DNA from: a virus
Lineage: Duplodnaviria; Heunggongvirae; Uroviricota; Caudoviricetes
Direction: 5' to 3' (one strand)
Virus record (IMG/VR): IMGVR_UViG_2737471845_000014
Coordinates: 1-22,360 of that record
Length of the DNA stretch: 22,360 nt
The position numbers were made by a program, and so were the translations under genes. Below are positions 1 through 10,040 of this stretch, in pieces. Position 1 is the stretch's first letter. Every line of letters starts with the position of its first letter. The notes under the pieces were generated by a model, which worked only from the letters and a program-made list of their open reading frames with translations, did no database searches and was not told the DNA's origin.

Positions 1-54
1 GGCCATAACAGTATCTACATAGTCCCTGCAATAGATTGAATTAGCAAGGGTTTG

Positions 55-90
55 TAGGCCGGATAAGGCATTCACGCCGCATCCGGCAGT
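55..90. repeat. REP (repetitive extragenic palindromic) element downstream of cmoB
   Basis: Imperfect palindrome GCCGGATAAGGC...GCCGCATCCGGC at 58-87, the typical E. coli REP consensus, in the intergenic space past the cmoB stop. Confidence 0.6.
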
Positions 91-102
91 AATACCAGAC
101 CT

Positions 103-2250
<2,148 letters not shown>

Positions 2251-2302
2251 ACAAACTCCCTTTAAAATGGCCGATGGCACCTGTCTATGATAGGTGGCAA
2301 AT

Positions 2303-3028
2303 TCAGAAAAGAGAAGATTGCTGTGGAATAGCCGGAACTGCTCCGATCTCTGGAAGCGTTTTACGTAAGTCTTCCCACAGGGTATGTACCAGTTCCGGGG
2401 CCTGGGCAATGTCTGGCGTATGTAAAAAAAGATAAGGCGTAGTGGTCTGATGCCACTGCGCTAATTTTTGTAACCAGACCTGAAATAATTCCCGGTTTTG
2501 CGTCATATCATCACTACCGATAAAACGGATCAGCGGATTTGTCGCCGTCAGTACAGCATGTACCGGAACTTTAGGTTTTTTTCGTTGAGCGTCGCGAATA
2601 GCTTCACTGTGTGGACGTGCTGCATGAACCGGGCGGCTGTCTAAAATCACCCGATTAACGCCGCGCTGATGTAAACCGCGATTAAGCGTTTGTTCCTCTT
2701 CCCCTTTGGCGAAAAACTGTGGATGGCGGACTTCCACACCATAATTAAATTCGCCAGGGAGAGAATCGAGAAAATGCCAAAGCGCAGGCAGCTCCCGTGG
2801 GCCGAATGTGGCAGGCAGTTGCAGCCAGTATTGCCCAATGCGCGGAGCCAACGGTGACATGCGGGTCAAAAATTCAGTCACTAAATCATCGCAATGTCGT
2901 AATGCTGCCTGATGCGAAATGGTCGCCGGAAACTTAAAACAGAAGCGGAAGTCATCTGTGGTCTGTTCACGCCAGCGCAGGACAACCTCGGGTTTCGGCA
3001 GGGCGTAAAGCGTGGTGTTGCCCTCCAC
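2303..3028 (-). CDS. yecE: DUF72-family protein YecE, 5'-truncated by prophage insertion
   Basis: 241-aa ORF beginning at a GTG (3026-3028), with sequence VEGNTTLYALPKPEVVLRWREQTTDDFRF typical of DUF72/YecE; the conserved N-terminal ~30 residues are absent. The frame stays open upstream only to a stop at 3086-3088, inside the integrase 3' end. Confidence 0.75.
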   Translation of the reverse strand: MEGNTTLYALPKPEVVLRWREQTTDDFRFCFKFPATISHQAALRHCDDLVTEFLTRMSPLAPRIGQYWLQLPATFGPRELPALWHFLDSLPGEFNYGVEVRHPQFFAKGEEEQTLNRGLHQRGVNRVILDSRPVHAARPHSEAIRDAQRKKPKVPVHAVLTATNPLIRFIGSDDMTQNRELFQVWLQKLAQWHQTTTPYLFLHTPDIAQAPELVHTLWEDLRKTLPEIGAVPAIPQQSSLF

Positions 3029-3054
3029 GCAGTTAACATGACGGGTATTGAAGG

Positions 3055-4368
3055 CTAACCCACTGATTTTAATAAGTCTCTTGTGTCACTTTGGTGACCA
3101 TGGGACATCATTGGGACATAATCTGCCAGCTTCTGATTCAGCATTGCGATCTGTTCTGCATTACTGTCAGTCATCCATGCTCCGTATACATTGAACACCA
3201 TCTGGGCACTTGCATGGCCCATCTGGCTGGCAATGAAGCTTGGGTTTGCTCCGGCAGATAATGACCAGCACGCATAAGTGTGTCGTGACTGGTATGCTTT
3301 CCGGTGCCTGATGCCCGCACGCTTAATGGCTGTTTCCCATGAGTCGCCAATAGAATCTACCTTGTAGATAAAACCGACCTGTTTGCTTTTTCTAACCACC
3401 TGGGGGTTAAATACGAAAGTACATTCATGGTTCACTGTACGTCCATATTCACGTAGTTGAACCTTGATGTGGTGCTGCTTACCCAGTCTTGTCATTTCAG
3501 CCTGATTTTTCAGGACACTGATAGCGGGCTGGATAAGATGCACAACCCTGTTTGTACTTGCTTCAGTTTTAGGTAGAGTGAACTCACCGAGTTTCGTATA
3601 ATTGCGCCTGATAGTAATTGTTCCTGCTTTCAGATCGATATCTTCCCAGGCCAGGGAGACCAGTTCACCATGACGCATTCCTGTGTACACAGCCAATGAC
3701 CACAGGTTTTTTGTCTGCTGATGCCGGCAAGCATCTATCAGGCGAATAAATTCGTCACGAGTTAGCGGATCTGGCTCTGCCCTGGCTCTTTTAAGAGGCT
3801 TAATTCCCTCGAAGGGATTTGCTTCTAAGTAACCGTGATCTGCAGCAAACTGAAACATTCCAGCGATTGTCGTCATATAATAATTTACAGTAACGACGCT
3901 CCGTCCTCTTGCTGGTGCTTTGTCTTTCGTTGAATTCTGATATCCGGTCAGCAAATCTTTCCTGATATACAGTAATTCCTCTTTGGTCACCGTTGACACC
4001 AGTCTGCTACCTCCAATTTTCGGAACCACCGTTCTTGCAACGGATTCATAGCGATTGAATGCATTTGCAGAGATTTCCATGCGTTTCAGATCCAGCCACT
4101 TTTCTTCAAGCTCTTTCACCGTAATTTCTTTTTTATTTACCCCAAAAGCCTTGAGGTTAGGAGAGTCAGGGAACTGCGCAGCGTAATCAAAGTTTCCTGT
4201 ACGAATGGCAAAACATACAGATGTCCGCAGCTCTCCGGCGATCTTCCTGTTCTTGGCAGTGTCAGGGACACCAAGATTTTCCCTGACACGTTTACCTTTA
4301 AAATTAAACCAGATGCGTAATGTGCCACCGTGGTTTTCGACGCCTGTTGGATATTTGACTTTATCCAT
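3055..4368 (-). CDS. int: Phage tyrosine integrase
   Basis: 437-aa ORF with tyrosine-recombinase C-terminal motifs (…RHTYACWSLSAGANP…, HASAQMVFNVYGAW); GGAGG Shine-Dalgarno 6 nt before the ATG at 4368; stop TAG at 3055-3057 abuts yecE. Confidence 0.92.
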   Translation of the reverse strand: MDKVKYPTGVENHGGTLRIWFNFKGKRVRENLGVPDTAKNRKIAGELRTSVCFAIRTGNFDYAAQFPDSPNLKAFGVNKKEITVKELEEKWLDLKRMEISANAFNRYESVARTVVPKIGGSRLVSTVTKEELLYIRKDLLTGYQNSTKDKAPARGRSVVTVNYYMTTIAGMFQFAADHGYLEANPFEGIKPLKRARAEPDPLTRDEFIRLIDACRHQQTKNLWSLAVYTGMRHGELVSLAWEDIDLKAGTITIRRNYTKLGEFTLPKTEASTNRVVHLIQPAISVLKNQAEMTRLGKQHHIKVQLREYGRTVNHECTFVFNPQVVRKSKQVGFIYKVDSIGDSWETAIKRAGIRHRKAYQSRHTYACWSLSAGANPSFIASQMGHASAQMVFNVYGAWMTDSNAEQIAMLNQKLADYVPMMSHGHQSDTRDLLKSVG

Positions 4369-4423
4369 CGATACCTCCAGACGCCCAAGAGCGATACGAG
4401 CTTACATATTTCATGGTATTAAA

Positions 4424-4660
4424 TCACCCAGGTTGTTTGTTTTTCATTGAAGCGACCCAGGCATCGATTGCTTTTCTGTTATACATACATTCGCTGGAAG
4501 GTTTTGGATTACCGTCAGGCGATACGTGAATATACTCTCTTCCTACCATCCAGCATTCTTTCCGGGCCCGGAGAATTGTGCCTGGTTTGAGCCCGGTAAT
4601 TGCGATAAGAACGCTTTCACAAACCCATTCATTGGGAGCCAGTTGAATCACATTGCCCAT
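4424..4660 (-). CDS. xis: Excisionase (DUF1233-type Xis)
   Basis: 78-aa ORF directly upstream of int on the same strand; the LIAITGLKPGTI…GREY…VSPDG…SEC pattern resembles excisionases of P22/HK620-type int-xis modules; GAGGT RBS. Confidence 0.75.
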   Translation of the reverse strand: MGNVIQLAPNEWVCESVLIAITGLKPGTILRARKECWMVGREYIHVSPDGNPKPSSECMYNRKAIDAWVASMKNKQPG

Positions 4661-4668
4661 GCATTACC

Positions 4669-4815
4669 TCACACAACACTCAGCCCACGGCAGTGGCACC
4701 ACACTTCAAGCATTCGTTTCACAATTTCACGGCAGTAGAAACCGTCAACATCTCGCGTCAGGTCATAGCGATTGCCGTAACGCTGGCGTACCCATAGCTC
4801 AAACGCTTTATTCAT
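4669..4815 (-). CDS. Hypothetical small protein (48 aa), not in the supplied ORF track
   Basis: Hand translation of the reverse strand gives MNKAFELWVRQRYGNRYDLTRDVDGFYCREIVKRMLEVWCHCRGLSVV, with an AAGGAAG RBS 6 nt upstream of the ATG at 4815 and tight packing between neighbouring genes. Confidence 0.35.
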   Translation of the reverse strand: MNKAFELWVRQRYGNRYDLTRDVDGFYCREIVKRMLEVWCHCRGLSVV

Positions 4816-4818
4816 TCT

Positions 4819-5061
4819 TTACTTCCTTTGCATGGCTCGTAATTTTTTCAGATGAGCTTCCTGCTCTGTTTCTGCCAGAATTTGTCGGTATTCCTGGTGA
4901 TCGATCCGTTCAAACAGTCCATTAAAATCGTTTATTTTTACCGACTGCATTTGCCCATCCATTCTTCTGTACAACACAGTGTTATTTATGCAGCGAACAA
5001 TTTTTACCGGGTAACCGGCACTGTCGGTATACAGTTGTCCTTGATTAATCAGAGCGAACAT
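4819..5061 (-). CDS. Hypothetical protein (80 aa)
   Basis: Internal ATG at 5061 preceded by an AGGAGA RBS (MFALINQGQLYTDSAGYPVKIVRC…); the longer 121-aa ORF would overlap the upstream gene by about 90 nt. Confidence 0.5.
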   Translation of the reverse strand: MFALINQGQLYTDSAGYPVKIVRCINNTVLYRRMDGQMQSVKINDFNGLFERIDHQEYRQILAETEQEAHLKKLRAMQRK

Positions 5062-5092
5062 TTTTTCTCCTGCTCTCTGAATAGTGAGAACT

Positions 5093-5470
5093 TCAGAGTC
5101 GTATGTTTGTAGCGGGTTCAATACTGATAATTTCTGCTGAGACAAGCATCCCGGCAAGCCAGAGCTCTCCGGACAGGTCTTCATCCTGGCATATCAGTTC
5201 GCCAATATTAATGGTGGCCATGATATCCGTTTCCCCAGTACGCTTATCCCTGACTTCTTCATAAGGTAGCGTTGCGTACAGGCTTTCAATAGCGCAACTG
5301 ATAACATCCAGTCCGGTCAGATTGCCGCCGACAGTAACTTCGAATGTTTCGCGGTATTCCCATAGTCCGAAAGTTAATCGAACGGTTTGTTTTGCCATGC
5401 GTCCGCACGACGTCAGATTCGGGTCATAGTTCATTATTTGCGGTTGAGTATTCTGGGTGTTCATCTGCAT
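5093..5470 (-). CDS. Hypothetical protein (125 aa)
   Basis: ATG at 5470 preceded by AAGGGA (MQMNTQNTQPQIMNYDPNLTSCGRMAKQTV…); no recognisable domain. Confidence 0.55.
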   Translation of the reverse strand: MQMNTQNTQPQIMNYDPNLTSCGRMAKQTVRLTFGLWEYRETFEVTVGGNLTGLDVISCAIESLYATLPYEEVRDKRTGETDIMATINIGELICQDEDLSGELWLAGMLVSAEIISIEPATNIRL

Positions 5471-5504
5471 TTCCCTTAGCCCGGCGGCCTGCCGGGCATA
5501 TAAG

Positions 5505-6332
5505 TTATTTAATCTGGATAAATGGTGTATTGGCACCACTGGTCATGTATTGCGGCAGTGTACCGTTCCACTTGTTGATGGCTTCCAGCTCCATGACGCC
5601 TGGGTTCTGGCGCAGAGCTTCGCCGCGTAAACGAATGGCATCGGCTTCTGCCTGGGCTTTTGTTCGAATGGCATCAGCCTGTCCGGCAGCTTCCGCACGT
5701 AGCATGTTGGCCTCCGCTTCACGTTGCTTGACTTCCTGTTCGCGCTGCAGGGTTTTCTGGTTTGCCGTGACTTTGGCGTTAATGCTGTCGATAACGGTTG
5801 GAGGGTATTCCGGTTTACCTACATAAGAGAGGCTCATTACCTGAATGCCGATGGGTGTCATCTCTTCCTGAATGTCTTTAAGTGCGGCATCCAGTAGTTC
5901 AGACTTGCCGCCGTCGATAAATTTGTCAGTGGTCATTTTGCTGGCCAGCCGATTGAGTGCGTCGGCAATTTTCTGGCGCAGGTCAGTGTCGGTAATGTCA
6001 TCCACGCCTTTGCGGTAGGTCTGAAACACCGTGGTAACTTTGGATGGATCAACTTTGTAGGCCACACCGATGTGATAGCCGATGGTTGTACCGTCACTCA
6101 TCTGGAAACTGAACGGTTCATCGTAGGTCTTCATTTGTTTGAAGGTGGGGAAGATATAAACTTCAGTATTCCAGCCAGTCCAGTAGCGACCAACACCGAC
6201 CACCTCACCGACGCCTTTGTCGTCGCCCAGTTTATTTACCTTGATGCCAACATTACCTGGTTCAACGCGATCGCAACCGACAAGGCCAATTGTCGGCAGA
6301 ACAATGGCTAAAGCAAAAATAATTTTTTTCAT
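5505..6332 (-). CDS. SPFH/band-7 (prohibitin/HflC-like) domain lipoprotein
   Basis: 275-aa ORF with lipoprotein signal peptide and lipobox (MKKIIFALAIVLPTIGLVGC), then an SPFH-like core and an Ala/Glu/Arg/Gln-rich coiled-coil tail (EQEVKQREAEANMLRAEAAGQADAIRTKAQAEADAIRLRGEAL), as in HflK/HflC/YqiK. Confidence 0.8.
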   Translation of the reverse strand: MKKIIFALAIVLPTIGLVGCDRVEPGNVGIKVNKLGDDKGVGEVVGVGRYWTGWNTEVYIFPTFKQMKTYDEPFSFQMSDGTTIGYHIGVAYKVDPSKVTTVFQTYRKGVDDITDTDLRQKIADALNRLASKMTTDKFIDGGKSELLDAALKDIQEEMTPIGIQVMSLSYVGKPEYPPTVIDSINAKVTANQKTLQREQEVKQREAEANMLRAEAAGQADAIRTKAQAEADAIRLRGEALRQNPGVMELEAINKWNGTLPQYMTSGANTPFIQIK

Positions 6333-6517
6333 CTTTTATCCTTAGTGAAAGAAAGCCCCTTGTAAATGGCATAAATGCAGGGCGGGGTCAGAAACGCCAG
6401 TGCAAAGCCAGAAATAACTGCTATAGTATCCTTCATGGATATAAGGAACGGAACAAGTAATCCGTAAATGCATGCGATAATTGCCAGTAAAATTACTATT
6501 GTGAAATACAGTCTCAT
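6329..6517 (-). CDS. Small two-helix membrane protein (62 aa), coupled to the SPFH gene
   Basis: Two hydrophobic helices (MRLYFTIVILLAIIACIYGLLVPFLI… / VISGFALAFLTPPCIYAIY); its stop overlaps the SPFH start (ATGA at 6329-6332). Confidence 0.55.
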   Translation of the reverse strand: MRLYFTIVILLAIIACIYGLLVPFLISMKDTIAVISGFALAFLTPPCIYAIYKGLSFTKDKR

Positions 6518-6540
6518 TGGTCTGTGGTATCCCGATATTT

Positions 6541-6648
6541 TTAACCGACTGACAGCGCAATAAAGAGAATAATGATTTCTGTTAGTGTAAGCACTGTGGC
6601 AAGGATTAAAATCAGTTTTACTCTGTTTAATTCACGGTTGCTTTTCAT
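6541..6648 (-). CDS. Putative small membrane peptide (35 aa), not in the supplied ORF track
   Basis: Hand translation: MKSNRELNRVKLILILATVLTLTEIIILFIALSVG; single hydrophobic helix; lies 23 nt upstream of the 62-aa membrane gene. Confidence 0.3.
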   Translation of the reverse strand: MKSNRELNRVKLILILATVLTLTEIIILFIALSVG

Positions 6649-6693
6649 ATAAACGGTTAGTAAAAAATGGAAGAATTATAGTCTTCTTAATAT

Positions 6694-7275
6694 TTAATGT
6701 GTCACTGGCGCTTCTGGCATACCATGAGTATTCAGGTCGTTAATCATTTCATCCAGAAGGAGTTCAAGCCCTTCGCGCCCCATAGCAGATACAATGAAGC
6801 CATTATCAGGATCTGCGATGAGCATTTTTTGATAGAGAAACAGAACTCGCCCCATGCCTTCAGCTTCACCATATTTTTCAATAAATCCCCATTCGACATG
6901 GTTTTGCAGGGCAATGCGAAGTGGTCCTGGGTATATACTCATGCAACCATGCTTCCCCTTATAAATAACTGCGCGATCTGTCGTCCCGTTATCGTTAGGG
7001 ATATCAATAGTGCCATTCTTGTCTTCCTCTTCACTGATAAACTTCATCACATACAGCCAGCGCCACTGAGCAACCTTCATATCGACTGAAAATCTTCCCA
7101 GGAATCCGGCATCATCGGCTTCTGCAATACATTGCATGATTCTTAAACCGTGCCAGTATGGATTGTCGTATTCACCATCATTAAGCCGCTGTACGGCCTC
7201 AACATAATCAATGGTTGTATTGCCAATTTTTATGCCATGAGCTGTCGCTTCTGGTTTGAATTCAAAATTGTTCAT
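6694..7275 (-). CDS. Hypothetical protein (193 aa)
   Basis: ATG at 7275 with an AAAGGAA RBS (MNNFEFKPEATAHGIKIGNTTIDYVEAVQRL…); preceded by a 415-bp AT-rich non-coding gap; no recognisable domain. Confidence 0.6.
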   Translation of the reverse strand: MNNFEFKPEATAHGIKIGNTTIDYVEAVQRLNDGEYDNPYWHGLRIMQCIAEADDAGFLGRFSVDMKVAQWRWLYVMKFISEEEDKNGTIDIPNDNGTTDRAVIYKGKHGCMSIYPGPLRIALQNHVEWGFIEKYGEAEGMGRVLFLYQKMLIADPDNGFIVSAMGREGLELLLDEMINDLNTHGMPEAPVTH

Positions 7276-7690
7276 AATGTTTGTTCCTTTGCTGGTGGAA
7301 TAATCGTGTAACCCGCTCTTTTTGCCATCCACAGAAATGTATCCATGCAACCAACGAATTCATTATCCAACAGATGTTTTGAGTAAATTACTTTCCCATT
7401 TTCAATGGTTAGCAACACTCTTACTTTTTCGTGTATTACCCCCCCTGCTCAGGCTCATTCTGCATTTTATTTCGTGCTGATGTCTCCATTATTTTATCTC
7501 CCATAAGCCTTGCGCAAATACAGGTTGGCTATATGAAGATAAGAATCTCCATGTTGTGCAATGAGGCAGGCAGTTTTATACGATGCCTTATGTTTCAGGA
7601 AAGTCATAACTGAGTTTCTCTATGAATAAAGGTTGTAACAATACCCGGCGATTAAACCGTAATATATTATTCGAAGATGACTTGTTTTAT

Positions 7691-8056
7691 TTAACTGGAT
7701 AGTTCTTTTTTAGCTGCTGCTTCAGCATAGCAACGTGCAAATTCAAGAACTTCATCACCTGTTCTTTTTATTGCGTCATTGTCTGACATTTGTAATACGA
7801 CAACTGCGCATAATAAATCATGGATATTGTTTGCAAAGGAATCCGGTGCCAGACAGAGACCCTCATAATTATTTCGTTGTAAGTTAGCTTCCGTCATTGG
7901 CTCCGAAGTGCCGGTGAGCCGGTTTTTGACAATCACGCGGTCTCGAATCACTATATCGGCAGTATCAGCTTCCCGGGCAACAGGCGGGAGGAGATGTCCG
8001 TTAATATAATCAGAGTTATCAATTTGGAGAACGGTTATGTTTTCAAACTTATTCAT
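7691..8056 (-). CDS. Hypothetical protein (121 aa)
   Basis: ATG at 8056 with GAGG upstream (MNKFENITVLQIDNSDYINGHLL…); same strand as the leftward early operon. Confidence 0.5.
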   Translation of the reverse strand: MNKFENITVLQIDNSDYINGHLLPPVAREADTADIVIRDRVIVKNRLTGTSEPMTEANLQRNNYEGLCLAPDSFANNIHDLLCAVVVLQMSDNDAIKRTGDEVLEFARCYAEAAAKKELSS

Positions 8057-8297
8057 GGCTTCCTCTGCTGACATGTATGTTCTGTTATATAGTGAGTCTC
8101 AGAAGTGTTTTCATATTGAGACTGTTTCCGCAATGGTTGAGAGAAATGTCCGTATGTATCTTGATGGCAGAAGTGGCGATTATGTCACTCTGGCTTTCGG
8201 CTCCTCAGTTGAAGAACTTCGTGAAATTCGCTCTCAGCTTATAGAAAAGCGCGGCGATGTTATTGCCCCATGGTATCTGATGAAGCCCGGGCAATAG
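8037..8297 (+). CDS. Hypothetical small protein (86 aa), uncertain
   Basis: ATG at 8037 with GGAG 7 nt upstream; its 5' end overlaps the start of the minus-strand 7691-8056 ORF and its 3' end overlaps the 8260-8928 gene, so it may be spurious. Confidence 0.3.
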   Translation: MFSNLFMASSADMYVLLYSESQKCFHIETVSAMVERNVRMYLDGRSGDYVTLAFGSSVEELREIRSQLIEKRGDVIAPWYLMKPGQ

Positions 8298-8928
8298 GCC
8301 CACCAGTTAACAGCCACATCGGATCGCAACCAAGCGCATTAGCCAGTGGAATGATCTGGCTTGCGGGGACTTCGCAGATACCGCACTCCCAGTCGTTTAT
8401 GGGGTCGTTGTAGGTGTGAATCATGCGCGCCAGGTCTGCTTCTGTCAGTCCAACTTTTTTACGTGCGGCTTCTATACGTGTGCCAATGCTTTCCTCCTGG
8501 ATGTCTGGCTGATTTACGGTAACAGCAGCAGCGCTATTTTTTTCACTCAGCAGAGAAAGAGGATCGCATCCCAGGACATTTGCCAGGGGGATTAGCATGC
8601 TGATGGTTGGTTCATACTCTCCGCTCTCCCACTGGATGATAATTTCTTCATCGAGATCGAGCAGCCTGGCGAGTTCGGCGGTTGTTAAGCCGCAGGATTC
8701 GCGTTGGGTGCGAAGACGGTTGTTGATTGCAGAATTTTTGTTCTGTAAAAGCATTGCTGACGATAGCTTTCTGGATATGCTATTTGTCATATCCCATGCC
8801 AGTCCTGCGCATGACTCGATATCGCCAGAGAGCGTAGCATCTGGCGTTGCTTTGGCTATTAGTGTAATGAGACTGCCGAGGTTTTTCAGTTCTTCAAGAC
8901 AGTCAAGAGTTGTAGCTTTATTGATCAT
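8260..8928 (-). CDS. Tandem helix-turn-helix (XRE-type) DNA-binding protein
   Basis: 222-aa ORF with two internally repeated HTH units (GLTTAELARLLDLDEE…IPLANVLGCDPLSLL and GLTEADLARMIHTYND…IPLANALGCDPMWLL); first gene leftward of the OL-like operator region. Confidence 0.7.
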   Translation of the reverse strand: MINKATTLDCLEELKNLGSLITLIAKATPDATLSGDIESCAGLAWDMTNSISRKLSSAMLLQNKNSAINNRLRTQRESCGLTTAELARLLDLDEEIIIQWESGEYEPTISMLIPLANVLGCDPLSLLSEKNSAAAVTVNQPDIQEESIGTRIEAARKKVGLTEADLARMIHTYNDPINDWECGICEVPASQIIPLANALGCDPMWLLTGGPIARASSDTMGQ

Positions 8929-8959
8929 GAGATGATACCTCAGTTACGAACTTTGTTTT

Positions 8960-9012
8960 ATGGTAACTAAGGTATCAAGGTGTGGCAAGTGATTTTTGAT
9001 ACTTTGGTTTCT
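8960..9012. promoter_or_regulatory. OL-like operator/promoter region (TGATAC half-site repeats)
   Basis: Inverted 12-mers ACTAAGGTATCA (8966-8977) and TGATACTTTGGT (8998-9009) between the CI stop and the tandem-HTH gene start; related motifs recur in the cI-cro intergenic region. Confidence 0.45.
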
Positions 9013-9031
9013 TTTTGTGTTTTGAGTCTGG

Positions 9032-9688
9032 TCAGAAAATATCCCACCTGGCATCAACTACAACACCTACTATTTCGCAATCATTGTCCATTTCTATGAT
9101 TGGATATTGTGGATTAAGGGGCTTTAGAAACGCCTTTCCCATTTCAGAAATATATTTTTTGAATGTTGCTTCATTGGTGGATTTTTTTCTGGCGATGACG
9201 TAACACCCTGAAAAAACTTCTTTATCTGGGTTGACAAGGATCGACATTCCTTCAGGAAATGTTATTCCTACGGGCGAAGTCATTGAGTCTCCGTGCACTT
9301 CCAGCCAGAACCCCCTATCACCAGCGTATTTTACAGAATGCCTCCAGTTATCCTGATCATACATGTTGTAGTCATCACCAGCAGTTGCGAATAATCCTGC
9401 CTGAACCCAGTTAATTACAGGGTAAGAGTGTGCTGTGTCTCTCTGTGGGCAGCTCTTAACATTATTTTCCCAATGCTTATCTTTTTCATCTCCGCTCTGA
9501 AGCCACTGCGGTGAACACTGCAGTGCAGCTGCGACTTTAAAAAGGGTGTCACCGTTGAAACTTTTTGTAAGGCCTTGCTCGGCTTTACTGATTGCAACTC
9601 TGGTGACCCCTGCTTTTTTAGCCAACGCATCTTGCGTTAACCCAGCTTTTTGTCGTGCGTTGATGAGGCGTTCACCTAAAGATTTCAT
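9032..9688 (-). CDS. cI: CI-like prophage repressor (HTH plus S24 LexA-like autopeptidase domain)
   Basis: ATG at 9688 with an AGGAGAAGAA RBS gives a 218-aa protein: N-terminal HTH (LINARQKAGLTQDALAKKAGVTRVAISKAEQG) and C-terminal S24 peptidase region (LEVHGDSMTSP…VVDARW); divergent from the cro-like gene. Confidence 0.9.
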   Translation of the reverse strand: MKSLGERLINARQKAGLTQDALAKKAGVTRVAISKAEQGLTKSFNGDTLFKVAAALQCSPQWLQSGDEKDKHWENNVKSCPQRDTAHSYPVINWVQAGLFATAGDDYNMYDQDNWRHSVKYAGDRGFWLEVHGDSMTSPVGITFPEGMSILVNPDKEVFSGCYVIARKKSTNEATFKKYISEMGKAFLKPLNPQYPIIEMDNDCEIVGVVVDARWDIF

Positions 9689-9704
9689 TTTTCTTCTCCT
9701 TTCA

Positions 9705-9765
9705 TGGCTGCTGATACTAAAGTAACAGAATCTCTTGATACTTTGGATTCTCGCGTTTAACATTC
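9705..9765. promoter_or_regulatory. OR-like operator region with divergent pRM/pR promoters
   Basis: Direct repeats TGATACTAAAGT (9712-9723) and TGATACTTTGGA (9736-9747) in the 111-bp space between the divergent cI and cro-like starts; same motif family as the 8960-9012 sites. Confidence 0.5.
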
Positions 9766-9799
9766 TTGGATAACAGAGTATCCGGTGTGAGACTAAAGA

Positions 9800-10027
9800 A
9801 TGACCCTTTATGAAATATTAAAAACTCAATTTAAAACCAATGCCGCTATTGGCCGCAGGTTCCCAAAGAAAGGAAAGCCTCGTGGCAGTCAAGGTGTTGG
9901 AAAGTGGAAAACGAGAGGTGTTCCAGAGGACGTAGCTATTCTCTGCCATCTGGATCCAAGTATCCCGTATATCCATCCTGATTTAGCGCACACAGAAGAG
10001 GGGCAAGGTAAGCAATCGGAGGTGTGA
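9800..10027 (+). CDS. Cro-like early regulator (putative)
   Basis: 75-aa ORF divergent from cI at the canonical cro position; only weak HTH-like pattern (…NAAIGRRF…GVGKWKTRGVPED…) and a weak RBS, so the function is by position. Confidence 0.45.
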   Translation: MTLYEILKTQFKTNAAIGRRFPKKGKPRGSQGVGKWKTRGVPEDVAILCHLDPSIPYIHPDLAHTEEGQGKQSEV

Positions 10028-10040
10028 TATGTCACAGTGC

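Noticed and set aside
5344-5826. 160-aa plus-strand ORF
   Set aside because: Antisense to the SPFH lipoprotein gene and its neighbour; Ala/Ser/Arg-rich low-complexity translation typical of a shadow frame.
9800-10027. Confident cro assignment
   Set aside because: Placement divergent from cI fits cro, but the protein shows only a weak HTH-like pattern and a weak RBS, so it is kept as a low-confidence call.
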